DNA from: Parasitella parasitica NRRL 2501
Taxonomy: Eukaryota > Fungi > Mucoromycota
DNA length: 64,000 nucleotides
NCBI GenBank assembly: GCA_025201805.1
Contig: MU619258.1
Location: forward strand, 1 to 64,000
Direction of reading: 5' to 3'
Of the stretch, positions 36,341-49,351 are shown one piece after another; position 1 is the first letter of the stretch; each line of letters begins with the position of its first letter. The notes beneath the pieces were generated by a model. That model did no database searches and was not told the origin of the DNA. It saw only the letters and a list, made by a program, of their open reading frames with translations. Both the position numbers and the translations under genes were made by a program.

Positions 36341-38355
36341 CAGTCTTTTTATGGTTTCTGAAAGAAAAAGGTCAAGTAAATGATAAAGATCATGGTGATT
36401 GTAATAGTAAATATTAGGGTTTCTGGTAACAAACCTTTTCTTTCCGATAAAAGCTAAGAATTTTTTGAAAGAAGAGAAAAGTCAACTTAAAAAGATTTAA
36501 AGTGGGGATTTCCATATGATTTAAGGAAAATTAGTGGTTGCTTTGTTTTGTCCGAAGCGAAAGTAAAAAAAGAGAATGTATTGTAAAATAAGCTATCTTT
36601 AATTTGAAGGTAGTCTTTAAAAGAAGTTACGGTTGTCTATTGACAAACATCTGTGATTCTGGGTGTGAGTGTGTCTGTTGACTTTGGATCAAAAACCTTT
36701 AATTGATCTGGCGTCTTCTAGTGTAGAAAGCCTTGTCAGACAAGTACTAAGCTGGGTTCTCTATATCAAGTTGCACAGTACAACAGCTAGTCAAATCTGT
36801 GCCATCTCTTCCATAGTATTGCATTGGAATAGTTCCAAAGTGTGTGTCTTTGTATAGCCAGTGTAGATTTTAGGCGCCTACACGAACTTCAGTGTGTTAT
36901 TGTCAGAAAAAAAGACAAAAACAAGTAATTCAAAGTAATGCATTATACTACAAGGCATCTTTTGATTGCATATTTGCATAGATTAGAGCAAATTTTTGTA
37001 CTTTTAAAGTTGATATCAAATGAAGGTAGCGACTTTTCTGACTTTTTTCGGAAAAGTATTTTTCAAAATCGGAGCGTGAGGTCGTCAGGCCAGGTGCAGA
37101 CATGCAAGTACTACCATTAAAAAGCCAAGAAGCGCAGAATTTGAATAAATTAAATTTCAATTGTTTTTCTCTTAAATTGGGTCAGCCATAACTTCTCAAA
37201 AGCTAATACTTTCTTGAAAAAGACACCATTTTTCTTTGATAGCGGAGATTAAACGCGTCCAAAATCAGGAAGTAAACATTCTTTCAGAAACTCCATTTGG
37301 ACATTAAGAAATCGAAACTACTATTTTAAGGCAAGATATCATCTTCTGGCACTATGCATACCACCACTGTCAGTCTATGATAATAGCTGTATTTTTGGAC
37401 GCTCTACACGCTGGTATCATTTCATGATTCCCGTATGCTTATTGAAGGAATTCTGTCGAGAAAACCTCAAAAACACATCAAGAGGGATAAGTCAATATTT
37501 TGCTTAATCAGAGCGCATTTTCAGCCTTTCAGATCAAGGAATGACCTTTTACGATCATTTTCCTCCAATATATTCTTTAGTAAAAAGTTGCATTTTTTAG
37601 GTCAAAATCGAGAATAATGCATGATCAATGGTTTTGGATGGGTAGATACAAGGAAAAAACCGAAAAAATCCGTCATTTTGCATCGAAAAAAAAATCATGC
37701 TCAAATTGCACCAAAATCATATATTACATAGTTTTTTCCCTATGGATACTATTTCTGGTACTTTCAGGGCACTTTTGATTATGAAAATCAGTCAAAAAAT
37801 GGCACACAAAGCTAAATTTCTTGCTTTTTAGCTGTAAAAACTATCTATCTGAAGATAATACCACGTCAAATATCAATGCTAGTACATGACAAAGCTTTAT
37901 AAATGAAGTGTTTTTCATGCCACAAGTATACCTATCTTCATGGTAATATGGCAGCCTATCGAGTTGGAAGCCGAAGAGAATAATTAATGAAGACAATGTT
38001 TTTGCCGTAATGACCCCTTGTTATTTGTGAATAATTCGCAAGTTGCTAATTTGCTAGTGACAGAGAAGCCCTATTTCCGTTGTTCCTTATAATAACGCTA
38101 AACGTGTAAAATAAAAAGTAGGATAGAGGTGAGGATTGAGGTTTAGGGTAATATTACTAACAAAAGTTAAGCTTCGTAATAAGCTTCTAGTAGATGCCAG
38201 GTTATTTAAAAAATGTCGTTGTATTTATATGCTTCTTCTTCCTACTTGAAATCTTCCTAGGGAGACATTTCTCTTCTCTCCGAAACTACTCAGCTTTGAT
38301 CAGAAATAAAAGATTTATTGTCAGAAACCCTAATAATATTACCATAAAAAGACTG
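36341..38355. mobile_element. Degenerate Tc1/mariner-like DNA transposon relic (~2.0 kb)
   Basis: Left end TA|CAGTCTTTTTATGGT and right end ACCATAAAAAGACTG form a 15-bp perfect IR. An internal imperfect IR follows (ATTAGGGTTTCTG...AAAGCT vs AGCTTT...CAGAAACCCTAAT). No transposase ORF recognised. Confidence 0.65.
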
Positions 38356-38684
38356 TGTGTATTTTCATGAATATCTTTGATATAATCGCAAGGTTTTTGG
38401 TACAACTGGTTGTAAAAGCATATTTAAACAGCAATGCTATAGAAAATCTTCAAATTTCAACTTGATAGTCGCTCAATTTTATAAAGGACATTGACTGTAA
38501 AAAAAAAAAAAAGGTGCAGGAAATCATGTATCTATGCAATCGTTTGCATTGCGTGCCAAAGCTTTACTTGAACGTAAACGTACGTTATGTTGCTATTTCG
38601 ATTGTATATTTTATGTACATTTGCAATACAAACAAAACAAAAAAAAATAAATTATTACATTGATGAATAAAAATCTCAAACAAA

Positions 38685-41600
38685 TTATGACAACCCTGTG
38701 GGTTTGCTTTGCGAATCGGCAACTTCAGAATAGATTTGAAGTGCTCTTAGAATGTGCATAGGATCAAGTTCTACTGCTTCGCCCAGCTTTTCTAAAACGC
38801 CAGCAAAATTGCCCATTTTCTTTAGATACAGAGAAGAGGCAGCATTCTATAGGCAGACATTAGCGTAGTTTGCATCGTCAAAATAGGCCTCCCACATACC
38901 TCAATTCGAGTAACAAAATTTTCCATCAACATCACCAATTCCTCATCACATGCAACTTCATGCATACGCTTATTGAATGCTTGTGAATAGTAGGAATTAG
39001 CAATTAGGCTACCATCATCTATTTGGGTTAATTCTGTAGGCAAGTTCATGCGAGCATAAATGTTGTCGTCTGCAGCGTTCAGCACTACACCAGTGGTGAT
39101 GGATTCCAGACGAATCGCTAAATTACTCAACGACACAACAAGCGCTGGGTCTATTTGTCGGTTGTTGGTATTTCTGGAAGGCGCGAAAGCTGGTTGTTGT
39201 AGCACCTGCTCGCTATGAGGCTCAACGGCATCATAACCACTTGTATAACTGTCACTGCGCTGCTGAGTTGGTAACTGAGGCGAATTATCCGCAGTTAAAC
39301 CACCCGTACTGAATGGCGAAGGCTGCTCAGAGGGATGCTCTGTCAGTGGAGTTGGCGTAGAGATGATGGGTGATGGAGTCGCGAGGATTTCAGTCTTCTC
39401 CAGCTCCATGCGACCTGATAACTGCTTGGGGTACACCAAGCAAAGCATTTCTGGAGTTTCCAGGCCCTTCAAGCGTCTCTCTCCCATCTCAACCACATGG
39501 AAACCAAGGCGTTTGATCTGCTGTATATCTCTACCAAGTGAGTGAGTGGCAATAGCAGCATCAGAAGCCTCTGCTGAGCTTGTCTTGTCGTCTCCAAAGA
39601 CACCTGGCATCTCTCGAAGAGCAGCAATAACGTCCGAAGACACACAGATCTGCCCTCCATCGGCAGCATTGCAGATACGACTTGCTTTGTTCACCACAGG
39701 ACCAAAGTAATCCATGCGTTTTGTGATTGGATTTCGTTCGTATACAGGCGTGCCAAGATGAATACCCATACGAACAGATAATCCACGATAGATAATCTTG
39801 TTGTCCTTTTGAATTTCTCTTCCCTCCTCTGTCTCTAAAATGCCTGCTGGCCAGTCTGCTTCCAAAAGTTGGAGCTGCACAGTAAAACACCAGAGTAGAG
39901 CAGCAATCGTATCTTGGAAACAGACCATGAATGCATCGCCTTCCGTCTTGACTTCATAGCCTCCAATACTTCGCAACGTGCGTCGCATGACAGCATCGTG
40001 AATCTTGATGGCTGATCGCATATCTTCTGGCTGTGTGTCCCATAAAAGTGTCGAGCTCTTGATATCAGTAAAAACTAGTGCTACCTGATTTGTAGGTGGC
40101 GGCACTTCACGATCCAGACGTGCCAGAATAGTGTCGCTTGGGGATTCGTCTTTGATGCGTCGCTTGTTCTTGGCCATCATACCTGGCGTGCCAATGGGAT
40201 CATCCATCAACAAAGACGAATCCCCAACGCCACCCACTCGGCTTGAGCCCAAGTTCATGCCGCGTAAGTTACGGAAGCGCTTATCCCGTTTGTCAAACAG
40301 ATCGTTCACACCAATAATCATGACCATAACATTGTCATCGGCGCCATAAGTCAATGCAAAATCACGCAGTTTCTGGGCTGCCACCATCAAATCGTCCTTC
40401 TCCGTGCGTGCAATGTCAACAGCAGTTTGATAAGACATACGGTCCCAGAGCCCGCGAGAAGCCATAATCACAAACTCGTCATTTTCCGCTAAATTGATAT
40501 TCGAAATAAACGGATTGGCATTCACGACAGGGATAAGATGATAGTAACCAAAGCTGCGCGAGACATGCAGTTCATCGTTTAAAAGACCAGCATTGGAAAC
40601 ATAGCCGCCAGCAGCTCGAATGCGAGATATTTCACTTGGATTTAGGGGAATGTGTTTCTGCGTAATTTCATGTGCCTGGCCATTATTACGAGACAGCACA
40701 GCAAGAGCATCGCCCGCATTAGCCACATACAGTTTTGTGCCAGAAATATAGCACAGCAGAGCAGAAGCACCCAGGTCTTTGTCTGACGTATCCATAGATC
40801 CAAATTCTTTTTCAAGAGCCAAGAATGTGCGCCTCAAAGCCGATACAATTGTGTCGTCGTTCTTGTTCTTTTCCAGTTCGTTCGACAAGTGGTACGTCAA
40901 ATTGTCATTCAGGAAGCGAGTCAACCTGCAACCTGTCTTGTTGTTCTTGCGTCCGTCAAACAAGCCAAACAAGCATTCGTCGTCTCTGTTCCTAAAGCGA
41001 GGCATCACCAAGTCCCAGGTGGCTAAATGATCACTGGGGCCTAACCAATCCGCAACACCGTACGCCATGCTGTTGACTTCAGAAGGAGAGGTACGCACAC
41101 GACGATCATGGAACTCTTCAGGCGTGGATACCCCGAGAATAGTAATGTCCATCAGACCCAGCATTCTCAATCTCAGAAGGGCACTAAAGTCAGACAAGTT
41201 TTTCTCCTTGGGATTTTGCATTTCTGGGTGTGTCTTTTTGATCTCAAGACGCTTATTTCCGGACAAGTTGAGGTATTTAAGACCCAAGTTCCAGTTCCTA
41301 AAAGCGTGAAACCTCACGGTTAGTGTTGCGAGAGAATTTTTAACCTGTCATTGTGATAGTTTTTACCAATTCCAATCATAAGGCCAATTCGAGATGTTGT
41401 ACTTTAGCACATTGTTGCCTACATCCAGCACCAGCAGTTTCCGCAACTTACCAATTTCAGCAGGCAGTGTTTGCAGCTTGTTGCCATTGACAGCCAGCAC
41501 CCTCAAATAGCTTAGTTTCTCAATGTCATCAGCAGGCAACGAGGCCAGATGGTTGCCGGATAGATACAGCTCGTACAAATGTTGGTGGCAAAGACCTTCT

Positions 41601-43280
41601 GGCGGGATCTCATAAAGGTCATTAAAGCAGAGGTTGAGTGTACGCAGTTCCAAAAATAATGATAATGGAGACCAAATGTCATCTGTGAATCGATTGTCAC
41701 CTAAATACAGGTTGCGTAATGAAAGCGACAAGGGAGGCGGATGGTTTCTAGGGCTGGCAAAGAATGAGGGAGGGTTGAAATTTGGGGGCGGGCGAAATCC
41801 ACTTGAGAGCAGGTTGGCGGGAATGTTGCTTTCGCCATTGTCTGCTTTGCTGTTGTCGGTATCTTGAGTGGTTTTTGGCTGTGCTGGATTGGCAGAGGCG
41901 TTTTCTTTGGGAGCAGGTATAATAGTAGAGGATGATGTTGATCCAGAACTGATACTAGGTGGGGTATAGGGCTCCGGGAACGATTCTAACAAATTGGATG
42001 AGCAATTTAGTGTCTGTAGCGATACACAGAGCCAGATTTCCTTTGGCAACGACTTCAAGTTATTCTTTTGGACATCCAGTATTTTGAGATCAACTAGGTG
42101 AGATATTTCGGATGGCAAGGCCTCCAGATTGTTGCCTTGCACAGAGAGACGCAGTAGTTTTGTCAATGATCCGATGCTGCTAGGTAGAGTACTAAGTGTG
42201 TTGTTGTCTAAAATCAAATGCTCGAGTGATGTAGCATTGGTAAACAGATCGTCAGGCAGTGAAGATAATTTACAGTTGGCCAGGTTGAGGTCAGTCAGCA
42301 AGCAACGCTGATGTTTCAAGCTTCCGTCTGGGTTGTACACATGCAACGGATGCAGGTTGAACTGTGTTAAATGATTCTTGGACATGTTGAGCTGTCGTAG
42401 TGCCTGAAAGTTGTAATTGACGACACTAATAGCATTGTAGTCGACTGAAATAACCTCCAATTTCGGCAGCAAGTACAGCTCGTCCAAATCCGTAATCTGA
42501 TTCTGTCTTAAATCCAATTCCTGCAACTTTTCCAGTTTTGAAAAACTAGGCGGTAGTCGACCTGTTAGGCGGTTTGCAGTGGCAAATAGACCGACTAGTT
42601 GCGTCAAATTGCAAATTTCGTCGGGAAACAGAGTGATTTTGTTGAAGCTGATGTCCAAATAGGCCAGGCTTGATATTTGACATATGACCAGGGGGAATTT
42701 CGTGAATGAATTATTGGATATAAAGAGGATGGTTAAATGCTGGAATGTAGCGAATGAATCTGGGAGCATATCTAGCCGATTATTGTACGCTCGCAAGGTT
42801 CTCAATGTCGTCAACTCTTCTAATTTTGCTGGTTTCAGATCGCGGATATGGTTCCCTGATATATTCAAGTGCTCTAGGGTGGGAATAAATCGAATGGAAG
42901 GAGGCACTGCGCAGTAATCGTTGTTTGTGAGCCACAGTTGTTTGAGATTTTTGCACATTTGCAGAAAGTCCACAGGTATTTCCATCAACAAGTTCTGGGA
43001 CAAGTCCATCGATGCTATGCGAGCCGCGTATTTGTATAGAACAATGGGGATTGTTGTAAGGTTCTTGCCTTGAAGATCGACCCGTCTATAGGCTCCAAAT
43101 TCCTCTTCCTCTTGAATGGTCTGCGGGATGTTTGGGCCAAACGAAAATCGGTACAGGTATGAGTTGTCCTCCCGACCCACATCTTCGACTTTATCTTCCT
43201 CAGTGTACCCAATCTGCTCCAGCAACGACTTTTGGATTTGAAGTGGACGCTCGTTCAGCTGCAGAATACGCTCTAAACAG

Positions 43281-43347
<67 letters not shown>

Positions 43348-44538
43348 CACACATATATACAGTCAATTCACATTGCTTTACAAGCCCTCTCGTTCAACTC
43401 ACCATTATTATGCATAATCAAACTGAGCCTGTATTTACTGAGATCGTGTAAAAAGAACTTTCCGGCAAGCTTTTGGATTAAATCATGCGTGGTCGCATTG
43501 AGTGGTGCAATCAGCGTACCAAACGTGCCGTCTGGACGAAAGATGCGGATGCAGTAGTTTTTGCTGGGTATATTCCAATTCTCGTGCTCAACAACCGGAA
43601 AGTAGTCATTGGCTTCGTTTTTTGAGGAAGAGATGGCTGGCGTTTGAATTTCATCCAAGGCGTCTTCAGCGGGCTGTACCGCCCAGCTATCTGGCGGTGC
43701 CCAATGTTCTGCATTTTCATCCATGCTCTGTAAAGCTGCTCCTTGCTGCATTCGCATTCATTAGTGTATGCCAAGTAGTGTACGGCCAAATATTTTACCT
43801 GCGAAAACGACGCTCTTGGCTTGCTGCTCATTCTATAGTCTGCATTGACAATGCCATCCATTGAATTAAAATTTTGATCTACTGCACAGTTGTTAATACC
43901 GGACGCTTTGCTTGGTTCGCAAGCAGGAAACAACGTACGTTCAAGGCTTTTATCCCGCCTAGACTCTTCTGTCATAAAGTAGATGCTTCCTTCTGATCGC
44001 TCTCTCTCTTTTCCTTTCGAGTTACTGCTGGAGCTGCCAGATTTTTTCCTCTCACCAAGATCGTCTGCAAAGAGCGTGTCGTTTTGACTGTAGCTGTATA
44101 TGCTATTGTCATAGTCTCTAGATTTCTTTCGCGACGTCGAGATGGACGCTGCATCGTTTGCGTTTGCAATACTCAGCGAGCTTGCGGACGAAGGGCCAAA
44201 AAGCGAGGATCCCATATCAGATCGACCTGTATGTCGCAATGTCGCAAGACTGTTAGTAAGCTCGACTCGAGGACGCAGAATGCAGCCCACTCACTCTTCT
44301 TTCGCACAAATCTAAACAAATGTCTTTTCTTGTCTTTGGGCGCTTGCACTTGGAACGGATGAACAGAATCTAGTCGGCAATGATAAAATTAGCTTGTGCC
44401 AAATAGTTGCTATAGTGATACAATTACCGTTGGAATGTCGAGGAAAATCAATCGAATCCGAGACATTGATGCTTGGATTGGTTTTAGTTGGTTTATGCAG
44501 AGGCATGCTGAAGAATCTGCTCGCTGTATATCGACACG
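38685..44538 (-). CDS. CYR1: Adenylate cyclase (RA, LRR, PP2C-like and catalytic domains); 5' exon(s) unresolved
   Basis: WAPPDSW, CIRIFRPDGTFGT (RA), many LRRs, WPYDWNW, VFTDIKSST, GYEVKTEGDAFMV, RMGIHLG and MDYFGPVVNKASR. Confidence 0.95.
43284..43343 (+). repeat. (CA)n microsatellite within a CYR1 intron
   Basis: About 30 CA units. Confidence 0.95.
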
Positions 44539-44942
44539 CTGATAGCAAAAAGAAAAGAGAAAAACCTTTTCAAAGGGTAAAAAGGGTGCAAAAGGGAATC
44601 AAATATTGCACAGCTTTTAGATGTCCGTTGTATCACGGGTCATCAGTCGTTGAATCAGATATGATCGTTGGGTTTCTTGACATCTGCTCCTACTGTTTGG
44701 CCATGCCAAGTGGAGGCTCTTGCGCAGCCTTAGTCTACAAGCCAGTTTTGCTAATCAATAGCATCAGCCAAAGCAAAGAGTCCTTGTCGTGTCTTGCTCT
44801 CTCGCATCGGGACATTTTCATTACGGTAAAAAGAAAAACCTCAGGTTCCCTGGTTGCTCCTAATCACAAATCCCTGCAATTTACCAGCACATGGAGCGAC
44901 ATGAACATATCCTGAACATTGAAATCAAACTGTGCTGCCACA

Positions 44943-44946
44943 CTGT

Positions 44947-44986
<40 letters not shown>

Positions 44987-44993
44987 ACTGCTG
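44943..44993 (+). repeat. (CTG/CTA)n trinucleotide tract
   Basis: Visible imperfect triplet repeat. Confidence 0.8.
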
Positions 44994-45252
44994 TATCAGC
45001 CGATAGCAATCATGCCATCATCGGACGTATTCCGTATCGCCACTGGATTTAGCGTCTGTTAGACATTACAAGCATCCAGTATTTACTACCCACGTCATGC
45101 AACAATCTTACTCATAGTACAACGCCCATGGATCCCCTTAATATTTATTGTTTTAGCTGTTTATACAACATATGTCCCCTTATAAATACGCATTTTACGC
45201 ATTTCCTTCTGTATCACTCTTTTTGCTCTCCTTTTTTTTTTTTTTTTTTTTT

Positions 45253-45552
45253 NNNNNNNNNNNNNNNNNNNNNNNNNNNNNNNNNNNNNNNNNNNNNNNN
45301 NNNNNNNNNNNNNNNNNNNNNNNNNNNNNNNNNNNNNNNNNNNNNNNNNNNNNNNNNNNNNNNNNNNNNNNNNNNNNNNNNNNNNNNNNNNNNNNNNNNN
45401 NNNNNNNNNNNNNNNNNNNNNNNNNNNNNNNNNNNNNNNNNNNNNNNNNNNNNNNNNNNNNNNNNNNNNNNNNNNNNNNNNNNNNNNNNNNNNNNNNNNN
45501 NNNNNNNNNNNNNNNNNNNNNNNNNNNNNNNNNNNNNNNNNNNNNNNNNNNN
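45253..45552. other. Assembly gap (300 N) flanked by poly-T and poly-A
   Basis: Run of N. Confidence 1.
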
Positions 45553-45598
<46 letters not shown>

Positions 45599-45601
<3 letters not shown>

Positions 45602-47684
45602 TATGGATCGTCAGCAATGGTGTACAGCGCTATTTATCTGCCTCACAACAAAAGAGTGGCCATCAAAGTGATCGATTTAGACATGTTTGAAAGAAACCAA
45701 ATCGATGAATTAAGAGTAACTACAACGCCATACTAAAATAACAAGTCGCGCTATTGACGACGTCTTGAAATAGAGAGAAACAGCCCTGATGGCCCTGTCC
45801 AAACATCCACATGTGCTGCGAGTATATGGATCATTTGTCCACGGATCAAAGCTGTACATCGTCACTCCTTACATGGCTGTAGGGTCTTGCTTGGATATCA
45901 TGAAATTGAGTTTCCCGGACGGCATAGACGAAATTAGCATTGCGACTATCCTCAAGCAAGCGTTGGAAGGACTGGCCTATCTGCACAAGAATGGCCACAT
46001 TCATCGAGATGTAAAGGCCGGCAATCTGCTAATGGACCAAGACGGATCAGTTTTACTAGCTGATTTTGGCGTCTCCAGTTCATTGATGGAAACAGGCGAG
46101 CGAGGCGTTAGAAAGACCTTTGTAGGCACGCCTTGTTGGATGGCACCAGAGGTCATGGAGCAGGCGGACTACGACTACAAGGCTGACATTTGGAGCTTTG
46201 GCATAACTGCAATCGAGCTGGCTACAGGCCATGCTCCGTTTGCCAAGCATCCGCCATTGAAGGTCTTGATGATGACTCTCAACAACGATCCCCCCACTCT
46301 ATCTCGTGAGACAAACACCAACAAGTTCTCACGTACATTCAAAGAGATGATTGATACCTGCATGTGCAAGGACCCTGCTAAAAGGTAAATCACAACACCT
46401 AATACGTCCCTCTCACCATGCAGCTCAATCTTTGACCTAGGCCTTCTGCTGACAAGCTTCTATTACACCCTTTTTTCAAACAAGCAAAAAAGCCAGAGTG
46501 GCTTGCTAAAAACCTCATTGCTGATATACCACCCATCGAAAGCAGACCCATCAAAAAGTTTCCACAAAAGCAAGTTGCTTCGTCCAGCACGGACGAGTGG
46601 GATTTCAACGATGAGGCTGCAGCAGGTGCATCCCACCCACAAATACCTGGCTTAAATCCGCCGAAAAGACACATTTCGTTTGGCCATGTTGTGGTCAGAA
46701 AACCTTCGTCTTCATCGCAACACCAGGCTTCGGAATCATGGTCTTACTCTTCGTCCAGCTTTTCTGATAATAATGCACCATCAGTGCCATCACCACCTTC
46801 AAACACAAACCACTCTCCTCCGCCCAGAAAAGGGCGCGCTCTCAGTGACGATTTCCTGATTGAGGCTTCCAGAATTGCCCACAGCAAACACTACAACCAT
46901 TCGGGAGACGATGCAGCCAAACAGAAAGGTAGGTTTAATTTGAATCGCGAGAGAGTTAGGCATGGAAGTCTGCACGAAAAAACGCCCTCCGTTACTTTTT
47001 CAGAGGAAGGTTGCAAACCCAACGGAAAGCTGTTGTATCGCACTATCAGCCACGAGGATAACATGAACAGAAAATCTAGATTCAACACACAGCAATCATC
47101 TCCTCCTCCGCCTGCTCATTTGCAGGCCTTGCCTTTATCGCGCAACAACTCAAACGTTTCATCTGGGACTGCAGCTTTGACGAGAGAGAATTCAGCCCAT
47201 TCAAAGGGAGGCGACATCAGTGAATCAAGAAAGATCGGTCGATTTGAGTTGACTAACAATAGTGAGACGACATCGAGACAGCATAGTTATATCGAAGGAA
47301 ACAGAGAGATATCCCCTTATTCAACCGCACATTCCAGTAGCTCTTCTTCCTTGGCAAGAGGTCAGAAATCAATACCGGCAGTCTACAATCAGATAAACGA
47401 GCTATTAAGGCAAAATGACTCACAAAAGCAGCTCTTGTCAGAATTAGTCAGCATGTTTGAATTACCACGAACGACAACAGAGCAGAGCAAAAGCCATCAA
47501 GAGCTTGTCTCTACAATCGTAAGTTCTGGTCAACTGAAGGTCCTCAGCAAACATGACTAACCTTTGCATTTAGGATTCGCTTGAGCACCAACTGCAGTCT
47601 TTTCAGAGAGAAAATTTACTGCTACAAAGAGAGAATGAGACAATGCGCAAGCAAATAGATCAACTCAAGAACCCTTTGTCTTAA
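45599..47684 (+). CDS. Ste20-family kinase, OSR1/SPAK (Fray)-like; 5' end in or before the gap
   Basis: GYGSSAMV, VAIKVIDLD, HRDVKAGN, LADFGVS, TFVGTPCWMAPE, ELATGHAPF, GRF motifs and a C-terminal coiled coil. Confidence 0.92.
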
Positions 47685-48065
47685 TTTTCGTTTTCATTAT
47701 CATTATTGTAGTAAAAAATTAAAATATAATAAAAAGACACTCAAAAGAGAATCTTTCGATTTGAACAAAAAATTTGGGTAATCTTCCTTTGTGTCCCGCA
47801 TCCACGGAAATCTTTAGTAAAAGGCGAAAGATTTATCCGATATGAGCACAAGACAGAAGTACAAAGAAATGCTCAAGACGCAAGATTTCGTGGCCCTTTT
47901 ATACTTTTTTTTTTTTTTTTTTTTTTTCCATCGAGAGATGCAGGTGGACAGCTTAATTATAGAGTCACTGAAAGAGAAGGTTTAGGAAGTGTGGATGTCC
48001 AAAGTTGCCAATAGGATGACGGTACACAGACATTGTACAGGCACGTAGCACACCATTACATGACT

Positions 48066-48587
48066 TTATTTGTCCTTACCAAACAGAAACGATATATAAA
48101 CTATAGCGTTTTTGAAGCAATGGCAAAAGACATTAGGACATTTCATCACATCATGAGCATCTTCTTCAGCTGCTTTCCAAACTAATCCATAACGAGTTTC
48201 GAACGTACATTGATCAATGATATCAACCTTACGCTCAATAGCTCTGAGCATTTCATGAACAGTGCACAGTGCTCCGAGTTCTATTGCTGATGCTGATAAA
48301 CGACATGATGGACAACTATTCAATCTGGCCATATGCCAGCTTAGTTTATCTAGATTAAATCCCCAATTGCCAATACCTTCGCAGATAAAATAACCTTGAA
48401 AGCGTTCTGTCTGGGATGCTGGTATTTCGGTACATGATAAAACTGGCATGCTCGTTTCTCTTGGAAGACTGTAAATAATGTACGGACGCAGTCTTTGAAT
48501 ATAGTCAGTGACGGATGAAATCGAGTACCATTTGAATGTGGGTAAATTTGCTACAGAAGAGCAAGCTTCCCAATTGACATAAACCAT
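48066..48587 (-). CDS. Hypothetical Cys-rich protein (173 aa)
   Basis: Intronless ORF with plausible composition and CPSC, CxxH and CPNVFCHC motifs, divergent from Med22. Confidence 0.55.
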   Translation of the reverse strand: MVYVNWEACSSVANLPTFKWYSISSVTDYIQRLRPYIIYSLPRETSMPVLSCTEIPASQTERFQGYFICEGIGNWGFNLDKLSWHMARLNSCPSCRLSASAIELGALCTVHEMLRAIERKVDIIDQCTFETRYGLVWKAAEEDAHDVMKCPNVFCHCFKNAIVYISFLFGKDK

Positions 48588-48784
48588 TCAAGGAAAAAAA
48601 AAAAAAAAAAGATAGAATAAAACGGTTGGTTCGTTGATGTAATAAACTAATACAGTATATAGCCAAACTACCAACAACTGCAGATCTTGTTATCTGACCG
48701 ATGTGCAATGTCTTTTGGCCCTAAAAATTCTGCCTTTTAAAATATTGGCTCTCGTTTTCTTTCTTCTTCATTTTCAAAAGCAAA

Positions 48785-49268
48785 ATGGCTACATTGCCTC
48801 AGTTTAATACAACACAGACTGGACCACGACCAGTCTTACTTCAAATAGAAGACCAGTACAATAAAAGAATCGATGATGATGTAGGGAAACTGATCGACTG
48901 CTTTACAGATATTGTCAAAGTTGGTGAGGTAATACTGGCACCCTGAGGCTTGGATTTTCTACTGAATGTGTCTGTAGAATAAAGACAAGGATAAGTTCAA
49001 GGTGGCTCAAGAAGGATATCAAATAGAAAGTCAATCTGCACAAATCGTAAGATCATGCGAGTCTTTGCTTTCGTTGATTGGAGAATTGAAGCAAAATTTA
49101 CTCTTAAACGACACGAAAACATTGACAACTTTGCGGCAAACGAGGTCAGAAAGGTTGGTTGAAAACACTACAGCTATTAAAGACCGTATGATGGTCATGA
49201 AGAAGGAATTGGCAGAAACAGTGTATGATTTGGAAGCAGTATTTTATCGATCATTAACAGACGTCTAG
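48785..49268 (+). CDS. MED22: Mediator subunit Med22 (Srb6/Surf5), 2 exons
   Basis: YNKRIDDDVGKLIDCFTDIVK...SAQIVRSCESLLSLIGELKQNLLLND. Confidence 0.85.
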
Positions 49269-49351
49269 TTTAATAAACGACTGAATGTTTGCGTTGGATT
49301 GTCTATGGGAGTGGGGAGTGGGGAGTGGGGAATGTACACCACTGTTGTAGG

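Noticed and set aside
43132-43557. THTHTH / VCVCVC peptides
   Set aside because: Translation of an intronic (CA)n microsatellite.
45128-45736. ORFs with poly-F, poly-X and poly-K
   Set aside because: Gap and homopolymer artefacts. Only the kinase exon after ~45599 is supported.
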